From: Anaerolineae bacterium
Lineage (GTDB): Bacteria; Chloroflexota; Anaerolineae; UBA1429
Reading direction: 5' to 3'
Assembly (NCBI GenBank): GCA_963675785.1
Contig: OY776562.1
Location: 1,408,001 to 1,472,000, forward strand
DNA: 64,000 bases
A program made the translations under genes and the position numbers. Of the stretch, positions 9,039 to 19,414 are shown one piece after another. A model generated the notes under the pieces. That model saw only the letters and a program-made list of their open reading frames with translations, searched no databases and was not told the DNA's origin. Within the stretch, counting starts at the first letter, position 1. Each line of letters opens with the position of its first letter.

Positions 9039-11768
9039 ATGCAAGATACACACGATCTCAACCTACCGGCCTGGGGACCCTATACCAAAAAGTACATGGG
9101 CATCTCGCACATTCCCGACCCCGATTCCGGCGTTCGCTTTGACCTGTCCGTCTTTCCTGGCTATTACCGCGGCCAAGTTCGCGTGCCCAACGTCATGTGG
9201 GAGAATGGCTACCACCCCTGGGAGGCCTCGCCCGATCTGACCTATTTCTGCCACCGCCACGATCTCGAGTGGAAGGATCAGGTCTACGCCGATATCTCTT
9301 TCTCGCGCATCGATGACGCCGCCAGCCTCATTCGCGCCGAGCTGGTCAATAACACCGATATCCCCCAGAACCTGGTACTGCACTATATGGCCTCGCTGCA
9401 TCTGCCAGCCCTGGAGCCCTACCGCACCGAGCCGGTGCTGCTGCGTCCCTTGCAGCCGCCCGCCAAAACCCTCTGGGTAGAGGGTGTCGCTACCGATAGC
9501 CTGACCCTGCACGATACTGCGCCTACCGATAATCTCGTGCCCGATGGCCGCTTCCGCTGCGAGACCCGCGATGGCCGCTATGTCCACGGTTCGGCCCTGG
9601 GCCAGCGCTTTAGCGCCTTCCCTGGCGATTCCGCCAGCTACACCTTTCATGTCGAGCAAGATTATGTCAATGCGGTGCTAGTCCTGCACCTTCACCTGCG
9701 TCTGGGAGATTCCTGCGCCCTTCAGCTCTCCGGCCTCAGCCAGGAGGCCATCACCATCAGCGGCGAGCCCGACACGCTCCACACCGTCACCATGCCCATC
9801 GGCGCTCTGCTCTCTGGTGACCACACCATCGCCCTCACCATGGTTTCCGGTGAACCCGTCGCAGTCGACGGCCTGGGCCTGGTCGAGATGGATGACCTTG
9901 ACGGCGTCTCTTTCGAGACCGAGCCCGTCGATTTCGTCCCCCAAATCGTCGATGGCCCCACTGAGCAGTCTATCCTGCTCAAATACGCCGACGCTGATCC
10001 TTGGTACGGCGTCGCCTGGGATTACCCCGATTTCTGGGTGCGCGAGTTCCGTTATGAGGAGTTGGACACTTCCATGCCCTACAACGTCCACCATCACACC
10101 TCCCACGTGCTCGGCAACTCGGATCGCGGCCATTACACCAACATCTTTATGAGGCCGATCACCATCGAGCCGCACAGCACCCATGTGGTCTTCGGATTGG
10201 TGTGTAGTGGGGAGCGAGAAACCATCACCGAGCGCCTATCGCGCTTTCCTATGGGCCGCACGACGTTGAATGGCCTCTATGCATCGGCTCGCGCGCGGAG
10301 GGCCAATCCGGCCGCGGGCACGCTTTTGCCCTCCGGCTCTGCCTCCGTCGATATCACCGCCAGCCAGGAGCGCATGGCTGCCACTATCCTCACCAACGTG
10401 GTTTATCCCGTCTACCTGCGCGACCCCCTGCGCAATTGCGGCACCCACGTGCGCCACGCCTGCCCCGGCCGCTGGTGGGATTCCCTCTACACCTGGGATT
10501 CTGGCTTTATCGGGCTGGGCTTTGCCACCATGGACGAGACCCGTACCGTCGATAACCTCAACGCCTACATGCAGCCCCCCGGCGATCAGACCGCCGCTTT
10601 TCTGCACCACGGCAGCCCGGTACCCGTACAGTTCTATCTCTTCAAAGACCTGTGGGATCGCACTCAGAACCGCGATTACCTGGCCTATTTCTATCCGCGC
10701 CTGCAGCAGTACCATCGCTTTATGGCCGGGCGCCTGGGCAGCAGCACCACCCGCGCTCTGCCCTCCAACCTGCTCAAAACCTGGGATTATTTCTACAACT
10801 CGGGCGGCTGGGATGACTATCCCCCACAGGTAGCCGTACACATGTCCGGCACCGAAGCCACCACCGCCCCCATGATTAGCTCTTGCCAGGTCATCCGCAC
10901 GGCGCGCATGATGCGGGCCATGCACCGCTTGCTGGATATCCCCGCCGCCGAAAGCGAATACACCGACGACATTTCCGCCCTCTCAGAGGCCGTGCTGGCC
11001 AACGCCTGGGACGAAGAGTCTGGCTACTTTGGCTATGTCGTGCACGATGCCGCCGGCAAGCCGGATCATATCCTCCGCCATGAACCCAGCGGCGCCAACT
11101 ATGACATGGGACTCGATGGTCTCTACCCGCTCGTGGCAGGTATAGGCACCGCTGCCCAGCGTGAGCGCATGTTGGGCCACCTCACCAACCGTAAGGAGAT
11201 CTATTCCCGCATCGGTCTCTCGGCAGTGGATCAAACGGCGCCCTATTACACCCACGACGGCTATTGGAACGGCACCGTCTGGCTCTCGCAGCAGTGGTTC
11301 TTCTGGAAGGCCTTGTTGGATTATGGACAGGCCAACCTGGCCGCCGATATAGCCCACACCGGCTTGGATCTGTGGGCCGGCGAAGTCGCCGCCACCTACA
11401 ACTGCTACGAGCATTTCATCATCGAATCGGGTCGTGGCGCAGGCTGGCACTGCTTTGGCGGACTCTCTTCGCCCGCACTGCAATGGTTCGACGCTCTCTA
11501 TCATCCGGGTCGTGTCACCGTCGGTCTGGATTCCTGGGTGCTCTCTCGTGAGGCCTCGGCCGATAACAATCTCATCTCTGTCCACCTTTGGCGCCCCGAT
11601 GGCACCACGCCCTGGAGCGTCTTGGTCGTGCCCGGCAAAGCCAGCGGTGAGGTTCAGACCCGCTGGAACGGCGAACTCGTCACCGCCGAACGCCTCTACA
11701 CCGGCGCCCTGGCCATCACCCTCCCCGCCGATGCCCGCGATGGCACCCTCGACGTCAGCATCATCTAA
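9039..11768 (+). CDS. MGH1/GH63-like (alpha/alpha)6 glycoside hydrolase
   Basis: WDSLYTWDSGF, SGGWDDYP, YWNGTVW, YEHF motifs; ATG 9039 after AAGGA. Confidence 0.75.
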   Translation: MQDTHDLNLPAWGPYTKKYMGISHIPDPDSGVRFDLSVFPGYYRGQVRVPNVMWENGYHPWEASPDLTYFCHRHDLEWKDQVYADISFSRIDDAASLIRAELVNNTDIPQNLVLHYMASLHLPALEPYRTEPVLLRPLQPPAKTLWVEGVATDSLTLHDTAPTDNLVPDGRFRCETRDGRYVHGSALGQRFSAFPGDSASYTFHVEQDYVNAVLVLHLHLRLGDSCALQLSGLSQEAITISGEPDTLHTVTMPIGALLSGDHTIALTMVSGEPVAVDGLGLVEMDDLDGVSFETEPVDFVPQIVDGPTEQSILLKYADADPWYGVAWDYPDFWVREFRYEELDTSMPYNVHHHTSHVLGNSDRGHYTNIFMRPITIEPHSTHVVFGLVCSGERETITERLSRFPMGRTTLNGLYASARARRANPAAGTLLPSGSASVDITASQERMAATILTNVVYPVYLRDPLRNCGTHVRHACPGRWWDSLYTWDSGFIGLGFATMDETRTVDNLNAYMQPPGDQTAAFLHHGSPVPVQFYLFKDLWDRTQNRDYLAYFYPRLQQYHRFMAGRLGSSTTRALPSNLLKTWDYFYNSGGWDDYPPQVAVHMSGTEATTAPMISSCQVIRTARMMRAMHRLLDIPAAESEYTDDISALSEAVLANAWDEESGYFGYVVHDAAGKPDHILRHEPSGANYDMGLDGLYPLVAGIGTAAQRERMLGHLTNRKEIYSRIGLSAVDQTAPYYTHDGYWNGTVWLSQQWFFWKALLDYGQANLAADIAHTGLDLWAGEVAATYNCYEHFIIESGRGAGWHCFGGLSSPALQWFDALYHPGRVTVGLDSWVLSREASADNNLISVHLWRPDGTTPWSVLVVPGKASGEVQTRWNGELVTAERLYTGALAITLPADARDGTLDVSII

Positions 11769-11772
11769 AACC

Positions 11773-11808
11773 AAACGAGGTGAGGGTTTCCCCCTCACCT
11801 CGTCTCTT
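11773..11808 (+). terminator. Intrinsic terminator (duplicated at 11951..11988)
   Basis: ACGAGGTGAGGG..CCCTCACCTCGT + T-rich tail. Confidence 0.75.
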
Positions 11809-11890
11809 TCTGCCTCTCAACCTGCTTTTCAAACCTGCACGTCCGTCCATACAATATGACGGCTGTATCTGAGGTTCAACATACTGAAAC

Positions 11891-11939
11891 AGTCTCCGCA
11901 GGAGACTGGGCTCTCGTAGCGCCAGATTTCAATCTGGCG
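11891..11939 (+). repeat. Bipartite type-A REP-like element
   Basis: AGTCTCC-GCA-GGAGACT + GTAGCGCCAGATTTCAATCTGGCG. Confidence 0.75.
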
Positions 11940-12004
11940 TATGTAAAACCAAACGAGGTGAGGGGTTCTCCCTCACCTCGTTCTTTTTCTGCCCTTTGGA
12001 CATA

Positions 12005-12307
12005 GCCCCACTTACAACCCTATGTCCGCAGAACACCTAAACCTAGGCCCCGCACCACAGTGCGTCCGCACCTACGGTGCGGCGAGACCTCAGTGACCGC
12101 AGGTCGCCAATCCCGACCTATTGAACCAAATCTCCACTCATCTAGCCTAGGTACAATCCAGTGGATTGTACCTAGGGTTTGCATAGATAGCACGAGGGTT
12201 TATTAGCCTCGTGCTATAACCCCGCACTTACAACCCTATGTCCGCAGGACACCTTACCCTAGGCCGGAGATGTCCAGCCGGAGCTTGCGACGGCAAAATC
12301 CCGGCCT
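12005..12307 (+). repeat. Composite REP cluster (type C - type A - type C)
   Basis: CCTAGGCC..GAGA..TCCCG elements and AGCCTAGGTACAATCCAGTGGATTGTACCTAGGGT + ATAGCACGAGG..CCTCGTGCTAT. Confidence 0.8.
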
Positions 12308-12342
12308 AATCGAACCAGGCTTCCACCTTTTCCTTTATCCCC

Positions 12343-12882
12343 TTATCTCACACAGCCTTCAACGTCAGACTCCCGATACGCGTAATAACCCGCGCCGGGC
12401 CTAAAGCCCTGAGAAGATGTAAAGCCATACTTGCCAATGACCTTTAACCGCACAGGCGTATGTGCCGCTTTGATAACCAGTGTCTCGACCGCGAAATCCG
12501 CGATAAAACTGTCCATCGCCAGAGTGACAAGCTCACCGATGTACTTTTCCGTCTCATAAGCAGTCGCGATATCGATTCGCAAAATGCCATACTCCCCGCC
12601 GAATATCTCGACCGTCCCCACAGCCTTACCGCTCGCCTTGGCAATAATCGAGAACCTGACATAGGCACCTCTGGCATATTCATCCAGCCAAAAGGTGATG
12701 CATTCACGCATCTGCTCGAACGTCGTGTAATAAAAATCGCTCGTGCAATGATCTGCGTTCATGTTCGCAACCGCTTTTCGGTCGGAATAACACGCTAGCA
12801 GATCGTTGGCGTCATTCTCTTGCACCAGGCGTAGGGTAAAACTTGGCGTTTCATACACCGGGCATTCTTCATAGGGATTCAT
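12343..12882 (-). CDS. GNAT (RimJ/RimL-like) acetyltransferase
   Basis: YETPSFTLRLVQENDANDLLACYSD..RFSII..AVGTVEIF. Confidence 0.7.
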   Translation of the reverse strand: MNPYEECPVYETPSFTLRLVQENDANDLLACYSDRKAVANMNADHCTSDFYYTTFEQMRECITFWLDEYARGAYVRFSIIAKASGKAVGTVEIFGGEYGILRIDIATAYETEKYIGELVTLAMDSFIADFAVETLVIKAAHTPVRLKVIGKYGFTSSQGFRPGAGYYAYRESDVEGCVR

Positions 12883-12929
12883 TGCCACGTCCTCTCTTCT
12901 TTGCAAGAACAGCGAAAGCTGTCACTTCG

Positions 12930-13136
12930 CTAGCCTAGAGACAATCCAGTGGATTGTCTCTAGGGTTTGCAACCATAGCACGTGCCCTGCTTTGTAGGGC
13001 CGGTTTATCCTCGTGCTATAACCCCGCACTATAACCCTATGTCCGCAGGATATCTTGCCCTAGGCCCCGCACCATAGGTGCGTCCGCACCGTACGCCATG
13101 ATCTCAGCCGGAGCTTGCGACGGCAAATCCCGGCCT
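12930..13136 (+). repeat. Composite REP cluster (type A + type C), direct repeat of 12141..12307
   Basis: CTAGCCTAGAGACAATCCAGTGGATTGTCTCTAGGGTTTGCA..ACCCCGCACT..CAGCCGGAGCTTGCGACGGCAAATCCCGGCC. Confidence 0.8.
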
Positions 13137-13159
13137 ATCTGACTCAAAAAACATCCCCT

Positions 13160-14173
13160 TTACAACGCCTTCAACAGCGTCCCCAACGCCTTGGTCATCG
13201 CCGACGCATAAACCGCCTCATCCACCACCTCAAAGATAAAGCGACCGACCTTACCCTCAACGATCTCCCAATTTGTCTCGCCCGCATCGGTGCAACTCAC
13301 CTTGATCGGCACAAAGCGGAACACACTGTCCGCGCATTCCTCCAGCGGCAGCAACTCGCCAGATCTGCTCACCGTCAGCCCGCCAGCGTGCAGCAAACTG
13401 GCCGTCGACCACATGTTGCGCTGCTGCGCCATGAAATACGTCCAGGTGCGCTCGTCCAAGGGACGCCGTAAATACGTCAGCCAGCGATGGCTTGGCTCCT
13501 GGTCGAACATATACAGAAAATACTTTTGCGCGTCTTCGCGCAGGCCGGGCAGCACCTTTTCGTGATCAAAGCGCCAAAACGTCCCATGCTGCCCCACCGC
13601 ATGATGCTCCGTCATGTGCCAGCAGGGGCACCAATAGAGCGGGCAGGGCAGATCGAACAGCGCCGCGTACCCCGCCGGGTTCAACTCCACGTTGAATTCC
13701 AGCTTGCCCGGCATATCGGGGTTGGGCACAGCACTACCCGAATTGAGATACACCGCCGCGCACTTGGCCGCAAACAGCTCAGGCTCCAGCTTGCTGGCCA
13801 CGGCAATATCCGTCGCGCCACCCACCACACTGATGACCACCGGTTCCTCGGCGTGTCGCAGTGTATCCAGCACAAAGCGCACCGCCGCGCTGTCCTCTCG
13901 CGCCGTAGCGGGCGTGGTATCGTTCCTTGAGGTCATGAGCTTGGACGTGCCCACCGCCACCGGCGTCACCAGGCCAGTCAGGCGCTGCAACTGGGCCACG
14001 GCCCCCAGGGCGGGATCGCCGCGTCGCCGCGGGGGCGGGTAATCGATAACCACGCTGCGTAGCGTCAGCCGCCCTTGCGCTGCCAACGCGTACACCGTAG
14101 CTAAATCGAAATGGTCATCTGGATCGCCATGTGGATGGAATATATCGGTTTGGTGAATTAATGAAACTGCCAT
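13160..14173 (-). CDS. Nucleoside hydrolase-like protein
   Basis: N-terminal TD..DPDDHFDLA Asp cluster; VGGATDIA; EFNV. Confidence 0.65.
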   Translation of the reverse strand: MAVSLIHQTDIFHPHGDPDDHFDLATVYALAAQGRLTLRSVVIDYPPPRRRGDPALGAVAQLQRLTGLVTPVAVGTSKLMTSRNDTTPATAREDSAAVRFVLDTLRHAEEPVVISVVGGATDIAVASKLEPELFAAKCAAVYLNSGSAVPNPDMPGKLEFNVELNPAGYAALFDLPCPLYWCPCWHMTEHHAVGQHGTFWRFDHEKVLPGLREDAQKYFLYMFDQEPSHRWLTYLRRPLDERTWTYFMAQQRNMWSTASLLHAGGLTVSRSGELLPLEECADSVFRFVPIKVSCTDAGETNWEIVEGKVGRFIFEVVDEAVYASAMTKALGTLLKAL

Positions 14174-14196
14174 TGTGCATCTCCCTCAAGAAAAGC

Positions 14197-15318
14197 TCAA
14201 TCTTTCTTGAAAACGGCCTTGACCGCTTCTAGATAGCCATAGCCATACAGGTCGTCGGGCTGCAAATAGCTCGTCTCCGTCCACTCGTTCCAACTGTTGA
14301 TCGTGATGAGCGGCGCCTGCTCGGGATGCGCGTCCACGTAATCCCGCGCTGCTTCCAAAGCCCGCTGGATATTCTCCGGCGTGTTGTTCTTTACCACCCC
14401 CGGCTTGAATTCGATGAAACGCGGGTTGTTGTCCCACCCCATAGAAACATGCGGATAATAGGGAATGTCGTATGACGCTTCCATCAGCGCCCAGGCCTTG
14501 CCCATATCGGGGATGATCTCGCCATAATCGCGATCGATATGGGTGTAATGCACCATCTGGTAATGCGTCTGGCTGTCGAACCCCATGCGTTCGAGCACCG
14601 CATTGGGCGTGGCCGATGCGCCCGTATCCACGCCGCTCAGGTTCAGCGTGTGAGCCCCGCGGCTGGCTAACTGCAAGTGCAGCCCCTTCAGCCCAGCCTT
14701 TTCAGTCTCTTCCCTGAACCAGGCCAACGCCTCGGCCGTCTCTTCGATGCCGCCCAATCCGCTGACCAGGTTATTGAGATCATAAATCATCAGCACCGGC
14801 TTGCCCTCGATGGTGTAATACGAGGGGTGCGTGAAATAGTTGTCGATCATGCGGTGAGCGATGACCTCGAACTCACGCCGGTCCACCGCGGCCTGCCAGA
14901 TGATGTTGCCATTGACCCCCGAGATGCGCCTGTCCCACAGATGGGTCACATCGTGGTTGGCCCACATCAGGTAGAACTTGACGCGATCGTTGTTGCGGGC
15001 CTGCAAATAGCCATTATCCAGGCATTGCGCCAAGAACGGCCGCCCATCGTACCAGTACCAGTCATAGATGAACACGTTCACGCCGTGGTCGGCCGCGGCG
15101 TTGATCTGCATCTCCATCACATAGGGGTCGGCCTCGTTACAATAGCCCCACAATGGCCGACGCGGCCAGGTGTGCCCGGGATACTTGGCCGTTGCCTTGC
15201 GCACCGTCTCCCACTCGCCGTTACCCTCCGGCCAAAACATGCGCGTGCGCGGCTCATCCCCCGTGTACGAGGGCCAAATGTAGGCAGCAACATCGTAGGT
15301 TCGCTTGGTCTCGCTCAA
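14197..15318 (-). CDS. GH99-like/WbsX-family glycoside hydrolase
   Basis: QINAAADHGVNVFIYDWYWY, LMWANH, GWDNNPR, INSWNEWTETSYLQPD. Confidence 0.8.
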   Translation of the reverse strand: MSETKRTYDVAAYIWPSYTGDEPRTRMFWPEGNGEWETVRKATAKYPGHTWPRRPLWGYCNEADPYVMEMQINAAADHGVNVFIYDWYWYDGRPFLAQCLDNGYLQARNNDRVKFYLMWANHDVTHLWDRRISGVNGNIIWQAAVDRREFEVIAHRMIDNYFTHPSYYTIEGKPVLMIYDLNNLVSGLGGIEETAEALAWFREETEKAGLKGLHLQLASRGAHTLNLSGVDTGASATPNAVLERMGFDSQTHYQMVHYTHIDRDYGEIIPDMGKAWALMEASYDIPYYPHVSMGWDNNPRFIEFKPGVVKNNTPENIQRALEAARDYVDAHPEQAPLITINSWNEWTETSYLQPDDLYGYGYLEAVKAVFKKD

Positions 15319-15635
15319 GATTCACGCTCCTCGCAAGTATCAAAAACTGTGGCGCCCAGTATGGCGCAGAGGTACGTGCTTGTAAAACGCTAGAAAGCCA
15401 GAGTTCCGCTTTGCAGACCGTAGGGCTTGCGGTGTTTCAACCGCCACGAATCTTTCACAAGCTGACTGAATCTAGCCGCAGCCAATGGCTCTTAACATTT
15501 GGTGATAGACTAATTGCCTCTTATAGGCTAGAATTTGCCTTGATTGTGTGAGTACTTTTCACATGGTTTTATGCCTAGACGATAAAAATGATGCCTTTTT
15601 ATATCTTGTGCATTGAATAATTATGGAGAAATATC

Positions 15636-17024
15636 GTGAAACGTTTTTTATCTTGGTTTCTAGCCATTGGTCTAATGATCATTTCGTTGTTGCCGAGTTT
15701 TCAGGCAGAACCGCTCAGGGCTGAGTCAACTGGCTACTGGCAGCTCGATTCGACTGATTTTGATCTCAAGCCGAATACAGAACGAGACACGTACAGTATG
15801 AGTAACGGCAACGCTCAAGTTCGCACTGCAGCCGAACAAGACGTCTTTGCCGCCTCGATGACCTGGTCGGCACCGGCTGAGCGATATGAAGCCGGCGACG
15901 TGGTACAGCTGACACTGGCCATTCAGGTCGACGAATACGTCTGGGCCGGCGATCCGAGCGATCCAGACTATGATCAGGCCTACGCCGTGCTCAACCATAT
16001 GGGTGCCTCTGTCGCCGCAAGGATCGACCAGGAGGGCATCGGCTGGTCGGGCATTACGGGTTCGGCCGTTCGCCTCCTAGACACCGATGGTGAGAATTAT
16101 CTCAAGGTCACTGCCGATATGGGGCAGGTCGGGGTGGCCAGCGCCTCAGCGCAGGTATCGGGCGTGTTTCCCACGGGATGGAATGACGGCGACATGCGTA
16201 CCGTCTATGTCACCTGCAACGCTGGCGCGATCCGCTACAACTACCGTTGGTATGTTCCTGATGCACCTCCGACTGCCCTACCCACGCCGGAAGAAGCCAC
16301 CGCTCAACCTACTAGTACCTCTTGGTCCATTCCAACTAGCGAGCCGCCACCATGTCTCGGGGCCGGTATTGTTCGCTTTGGCGACCTTCGTGGGGAAGTC
16401 AATGTTCGCCCCAACAGTGAAGATGACGATGCCTATTGTTTCGCTGAACTCAGCACGCCGCTGTGTGACGACGACCGGATCCGTACCCTGATGCGCAGCG
16501 GGGCCATTCTCTCCTGGTCGGATATGAGCACCTTTATCATGAAAGAGGACACCACGATCGTGCTGGACCTTCAATTAGAACGAGAGGGATTGATAGGGCT
16601 GGTGGCCGGGAATATCTGGGTTAACCTCCAACGTATGGCCAAAGGTCAAGGCCTGGAAGTCGAGCTGTCGCAGGCCGTTGCTGGCATCAAGGGCACCACC
16701 CTGATTTGTGAAGAGGACGGGACCACTTCAACCATCAAGGTGATTGAAGGTGATGTGCTAGTTACGCCCAATGTGGGTAAGCCGTTAACCATATCTGATG
16801 GAGAGATGGTCGTCGTATCAAGTTCCGGTGCAGGACCTATTCAACAATTCTCGGTCGAAGACGAGATGGCCACCTGGGATGAGACAGCCCAACAGATCAC
16901 AGCAGACGCTGTCGCAGAGCACGAAAGCGGCTTCCCGATTGTCGCCATAGTCGTGATCGTCGTGCTCTTGTTCGGTGCAGTCGGCGTTTTCGCATATGTC
17001 TTTATCAAGCGAAATAAAAATTAG
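15636..17024 (+). CDS. Secreted, C-terminally membrane-anchored FecR-domain protein
   Basis: Signal peptide; P/T linker; DRIRT..SGAILSWSDMS..AVAGIKGT..IKVIEGDVLV; C-terminal TM + KRNKN. Confidence 0.7.
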   Translation: MKRFLSWFLAIGLMIISLLPSFQAEPLRAESTGYWQLDSTDFDLKPNTERDTYSMSNGNAQVRTAAEQDVFAASMTWSAPAERYEAGDVVQLTLAIQVDEYVWAGDPSDPDYDQAYAVLNHMGASVAARIDQEGIGWSGITGSAVRLLDTDGENYLKVTADMGQVGVASASAQVSGVFPTGWNDGDMRTVYVTCNAGAIRYNYRWYVPDAPPTALPTPEEATAQPTSTSWSIPTSEPPPCLGAGIVRFGDLRGEVNVRPNSEDDDAYCFAELSTPLCDDDRIRTLMRSGAILSWSDMSTFIMKEDTTIVLDLQLEREGLIGLVAGNIWVNLQRMAKGQGLEVELSQAVAGIKGTTLICEEDGTTSTIKVIEGDVLVTPNVGKPLTISDGEMVVVSSSGAGPIQQFSVEDEMATWDETAQQITADAVAEHESGFPIVAIVVIVVLLFGAVGVFAYVFIKRNKN

Positions 17025-17161
17025 GCCGCATTGCACCTGTGCTCACACCCACCAGGTATGCCCGTTAGGCGCTAGAACTTGGTCCTAGCCCACACACAAA
17101 CAAGGGGCTCCCCAACATATCGGAAGTCCCTTGTTCCAAAGCACCAGCTCACAGCAAAAGG

Positions 17162-18787
17162 CTATTGACTCTCTACAAAAACCAGGGCCGCCTCGTAGCG
17201 TGCTTCCACCTGTTCTTTCAACTCTTCGATCTCATTCTCAAAGGCTGTCGTGCTGCCCTCTTCTTGTTCAACATAAGGCTCAATCAGCGCGGCATAGTAC
17301 GCGTAAATCTCACTCATTCGCTCTGGGTTGAACACCTCTTCGGCCACCTCGCGCACATCCACCACATATTGTGCTTGATACACCGGATCATCCATCAGAT
17401 AGCGAATCAGCGGCCATTGGTCACTCACCGAATCCAAATCAAGGGACAATGAAGAGCCGTTCGGCCCGCTGTTGGCCGACATGGCCTCGTTGTTGTCCCA
17501 CGGTATCCAGGTGAGCAGTCCTGTTGAGGGATCGTTGTACAGATAATAATTGTGGCTCATCTTGCCATAGGTATCCCAGTTTTGTATCAGCGTGTTGGTG
17601 GCCAAATAGCGCAGAAACTCGTCCACATCGAACACCGCCTCCAGCCCCTCACGCCAGGCCGCCGCGTCAGTCGTGCGCGTATCCGCATGGAGCGCCGCAT
17701 ACAAAGCCTCGATGTCGCTGTAATCAGCCTCGTCCTGGTTGGTTTCCTTGTCGAAATCCTCTTCGTTGAACGTCCCCTCGGCCAATGTTGCACCATCACC
17801 CGTGGGTTTATATACATTGCCAGAATCATCCTCGAACTGGGTTTCGATTACCGTGTCGTCCACCACTTCCACCATGGTGTAAAGCCCCCAGTACTCGGCG
17901 CCATCGCCGTGATCCACATAGACTGCATAATAAGCCGTATACGCCGCGGGTACACCGGCATCGCGAAACACATCCGCCGCCACTTTTTCTCGCAAATAGG
18001 AATCATCCTTATAACAAGGTGAAAGAGTGAGCTGCTTGAACCCGTAAAAACGCTGATCGTCGATCGTAGGATAAACGTCCTCAAACTCGTCGAAATCCAG
18101 CTTGAGCGGGAACTTGGTACTACTCGATGACCAAATGCTCTTCAGGCTTGAATTCCCCTTGAATCGTACGCCCACATATTCCCAGGTGTTGTTCTCAAAG
18201 GTGATGGTACAGGTCACCCAGTCTGTATTCTCAGAAAGGTCATCCATCACACCACCATCGTTGCCCCCGCCGCTCTGCCCAGGGTTCTGCGTCAGTGCCA
18301 CGCTGGTTTTGGTCCCAGTGGCAACTATCGCCTCATCGTCCTCAGTATCGAGCAAGGCCCCCGGGCGATTCCTTCCACTGCTACCACTACCCTGCTCACC
18401 ATAGAGCTCCTCCATGTTGCCCAGCAGCGATTGCCAACTCTCGGCATCGATGGTAATGAGGATCTCATTCACGGCATCCTGCGGAAACACCACATCATAG
18501 TCGGGGTCAACATCGTTGCTGTGCGATGCCTCCGTCCATCCCGCCGGGCGCTCCACCTCATCCGAATCGGTTATCTCATCGATCTCGCTAGCATCGTCAA
18601 CAGCAGAGGTGGTTATCACGGTTGGCACAGCAGTGCTGGTAGCCGCAGAAACGGCAACCGCCTCTGTCGTAGAGGCGGTGCCATCACTATCTATAGGGGT
18701 TGCGCAGGCTAGCACCTGAGACATCACAAGTAACAGCGCGATGACGGGCCCCAGTCGGCCAAACGGCTTTTTCGTGATTCTAGTCAT
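17162..18787 (-). CDS. CotH kinase family lipoprotein
   Basis: VGVRFKGNSS, KLDFDEF, YLRE, GLYTMVEVVD, NWDTY..HNYYLY, IPWDNN; VLAC lipobox-like. Confidence 0.85.
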   Translation of the reverse strand: MTRITKKPFGRLGPVIALLLVMSQVLACATPIDSDGTASTTEAVAVSAATSTAVPTVITTSAVDDASEIDEITDSDEVERPAGWTEASHSNDVDPDYDVVFPQDAVNEILITIDAESWQSLLGNMEELYGEQGSGSSGRNRPGALLDTEDDEAIVATGTKTSVALTQNPGQSGGGNDGGVMDDLSENTDWVTCTITFENNTWEYVGVRFKGNSSLKSIWSSSSTKFPLKLDFDEFEDVYPTIDDQRFYGFKQLTLSPCYKDDSYLREKVAADVFRDAGVPAAYTAYYAVYVDHGDGAEYWGLYTMVEVVDDTVIETQFEDDSGNVYKPTGDGATLAEGTFNEEDFDKETNQDEADYSDIEALYAALHADTRTTDAAAWREGLEAVFDVDEFLRYLATNTLIQNWDTYGKMSHNYYLYNDPSTGLLTWIPWDNNEAMSANSGPNGSSLSLDLDSVSDQWPLIRYLMDDPVYQAQYVVDVREVAEEVFNPERMSEIYAYYAALIEPYVEQEEGSTTAFENEIEELKEQVEARYEAALVFVESQ

Positions 18788-19406
18788 CGTCATCATCGGA
18801 TTTAGCGACCATGTCGGGGCTAGTTTCATCCCATGTATCCGTGGGGTTGTCGTAATACACCGTCACCTTGGCAGTATCGTGCATAAAGTCCACCGCCCCA
18901 ATCTCCACACGGGCAATATTGAGCCCCGTGCGCATCCGCAGATCGGCGACAAGCTCAGCTCGTCGTTCGGGAACAATCAACTCGATGCGCTCATAGGTGA
19001 TGTTCTTCTTGCACTCGAACTTGAATCCCCATTCTTTCTCCAGCGCATAAATAACAACCAGCAGCAGAGCATTTGCCCCAATGATCTCAGCCCACAAGCC
19101 CTCGGTATTCAAGCCAGAGGCGTTGATGATGGGCAGAGAGATCACTACAAACAAGTAGGTCATCTCCCGAATGGGAATGGGATCGGTGCGATAGCGCAGC
19201 ACGCCAAAGATGGCAAAAAGCCCAAACCCCACACCCACACTCAGATCGGTAGATCCCATAAAGGTCAAGATGAAAAAGATGACACTGCTGAACGAGATAA
19301 AGCTAAACACATAGCCCTTGTTATGGTTCGCCGGATAATAGATGAGCCGCACCAGAACAATAGTAGATACAAGGTTCACCAAGAAACAAAGCAAGAATTG
19401 GCTCAT
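18780..19406 (-). CDS. DUF4956 membrane protein
   Basis: GVGFGLFAIFGVLRYRTDPIPIREMTYLF. Confidence 0.85.
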   Translation of the reverse strand: MSQFLLCFLVNLVSTIVLVRLIYYPANHNKGYVFSFISFSSVIFFILTFMGSTDLSVGVGFGLFAIFGVLRYRTDPIPIREMTYLFVVISLPIINASGLNTEGLWAEIIGANALLLVVIYALEKEWGFKFECKKNITYERIELIVPERRAELVADLRMRTGLNIARVEIGAVDFMHDTAKVTVYYDNPTDTWDETSPDMVAKSDDDDD

Positions 19407-19414
19407 GATTTCTC

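Noticed and set aside
12141-13136. Integron attC sites
   Set aside because: No RYYYAAC..GTTRRRY ends recognised and no tyrosine integrase in the window.
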